This document shows, one piece after another, positions 63,163 to 64,000 of a stretch of 64,000 nucleotides of DNA. Under the pieces are notes generated by a model. It searched no databases and was not told where the DNA came from. It saw only the letters and a program-made list of their open reading frames with translations. The translations under genes were made by a program, and so were the position numbers. Location of the stretch: the IMG/VR virus record IMGVR_UViG_3300043178_000179. One strand, written 5' to 3'. This DNA is from a virus. Lineage: Duplodnaviria > Heunggongvirae > Uroviricota > Caudoviricetes. Every line of letters starts with the position of its first letter. The stretch's first letter is position 1.

Positions 63163-64000
63163 TTTGTGATGACGGCCTTGGCGCTCGCGCTCGCTCCGGT
63201 CGCCGCGCTCGCGGCCGCAGGAACCCTGGCGCGCGGGAGCGCCACGCGGCCGGTGACGCTGCCCGAGGGGCTCCGGGTGCACGTCGCGCGTCCTTACGTC
63301 TCGCCTCGGGAGCGTCCGCTGACGCCGTCGGAGGCTTGGGTACGGGAGGTGGCCTACGGCTTGAAGGTACCCGAGCGCTGGGCGATCGAAGCCGCCGCGG
63401 CCGAGATGGCGCGGAGCGTGCCGGTCGGTCTGGGTGGCCGCCATCACCCGCACGTCTTGGTCCCGGTGCCCGCTTCCTCGGGCTCGGTGGCCGCGAACGC
63501 GGCGCTGGCAGCGGCCATCGCGCGCCGCACGGGCGGCCGGGTACGTTCGTTGCTGGGCCGGGCGGCCGCGGTCGCGCCATCGCACGTCCGCCATCGTGCC
63601 GGCCTTTCTCCTCTCTCCGAGGCGCAGCACCGGATGCTCTCTACGGGCGTGCCGCAGGTGCCCGTGGTCTACCTGGTGGACAACGTGCTCACGAGCGGGA
63701 ACACGCTGCGCGCGGCTCGCGCCGCGCTGGGAGCGGGGGAGGGCCTCGTCTGGGCGAGCCACCATGTCCGGCCCTCGGTCGGAAGCCGCGCGGCGCATCG
63801 CGCATCGCCCCAGGAGTTCGGCGAGCTGACCTTCGAGAGCGCGGCTGCTCCGGGCTGGAGCCTGACCTGGAGCTGGGAGGGCGAGGGGCTCTCCGGGGAC
63901 TACGAGCCCGACGATCCGGACGACGTGCCGGTGCTTCGGGCGACGCTGGCCCGGGACCGCGAGATCGTCGACGATGGCAGCTACGCGACGCTGGCCCCGA
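63163..64000 (+). CDS. ComF/GntX-like phosphoribosyltransferase-domain protein (3' partial), hydrophobic N-terminus
   Basis: 'MFVMTALALALAPVAALAAAGTLARGS'. PRTase motif 'VPVVYLVDNVLTSGNTLRAARAAL'. Confidence 0.45.

Larger units (their letters stand above)
1..64000. mobile_element. phage-like region (prophage or phage genome segment): lysis cassette, virion murein hydrolase, HNH, RuvC-like resolvase, DNA methyltransferases, tRNA array
   Basis: Gene content and pervasive translational coupling (ATGA/GTGA overlaps). No integrase seen, so the element boundaries are not in this window. Confidence 0.5.

Noticed and set aside
1-64000. rRNA genes, CRISPR-Cas loci, transposases or IS elements, integrase at the window ends
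   Set aside because: No 16S or 23S-like conserved stretches, no DDE or serine-recombinase motifs, and no inverted terminal repeats were recognised by eye.

Overview
High-GC (~70%) window that reads as a phage or prophage genome segment rather than core chromosome. The six-frame ORF track is full of antisense and out-of-frame ORFs rich in R/G/P/A, which are GC artefacts. I called genes from protein-like composition, recognisable motifs and the pervasive 4-nt ATGA/GTGA stop-start overlaps that string most plus-strand genes into translationally coupled operons. Main contents, all motif-level calls made by eye with no searches run:
- 1-9.4 kb: a virion-type murein hydrolase (SLT plus PG-binding domain), a Dam-like N6A methyltransferase, a PAPS-reductase-like PP-loop enzyme, and a DPPY methyltransferase.
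- 16.4-20.8 kb: a cluster of proteins that each begin with tandem '(L/I)D(A/D)LL(A/R)(K/R)A' motifs.
- 21-26 kb: RuvC-like resolvase, DUF5131/Gp37-Gp68-like protein and Zn-ribbon proteins.
- 26.5-28.3 kb: a full C5-cytosine methyltransferase.
- 28.2-29.2 kb: a ~1.05-kb mosaic duplicate of the methyltransferase module at 6.1-7.2 kb.
- 29.5-30.8 kb: a JAB/MPN - small protein ending GG-LA - ThiF/MoeB E1-like triad.
- 30.8-33.3 kb: a lower-GC islet with SPFH and ASCH genes, ending in a tRNA-like fragment.
- 34.3 kb: a lone tRNA with an apparent UUA (ochre-reading) anticodon.
- 34.9-41.9 kb: NUDIX and GHKL-ATPase/HExxH proteins, a J-domain protein, and a clear lysis cassette (holin plus PG-binding/CHAP endolysin).
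- 42.1-50.1 kb: an ~8-kb tRNA array of about 43 tRNAs or tRNA-like genes covering nearly all amino acids. It includes two ~137-nt tRNA-shaped elements with ~65-nt insertions in the variable region, a class-II-like tRNA with a CAU anticodon, degenerate tRNA fragments and tandem hairpin repeats. The array is interrupted by two protein genes.
- 50.1-64 kb: HNH endonuclease, Fe/Mn superoxide dismutase, three paralogs sharing an unrecognised C-terminal domain, a run of genes with N-terminal Ala/Leu/Gly-rich segments ending in RGS, a SAM-methyltransferase and a ComF-like phosphoribosyltransferase.
No rRNA, CRISPR array or convincing integrase is present.
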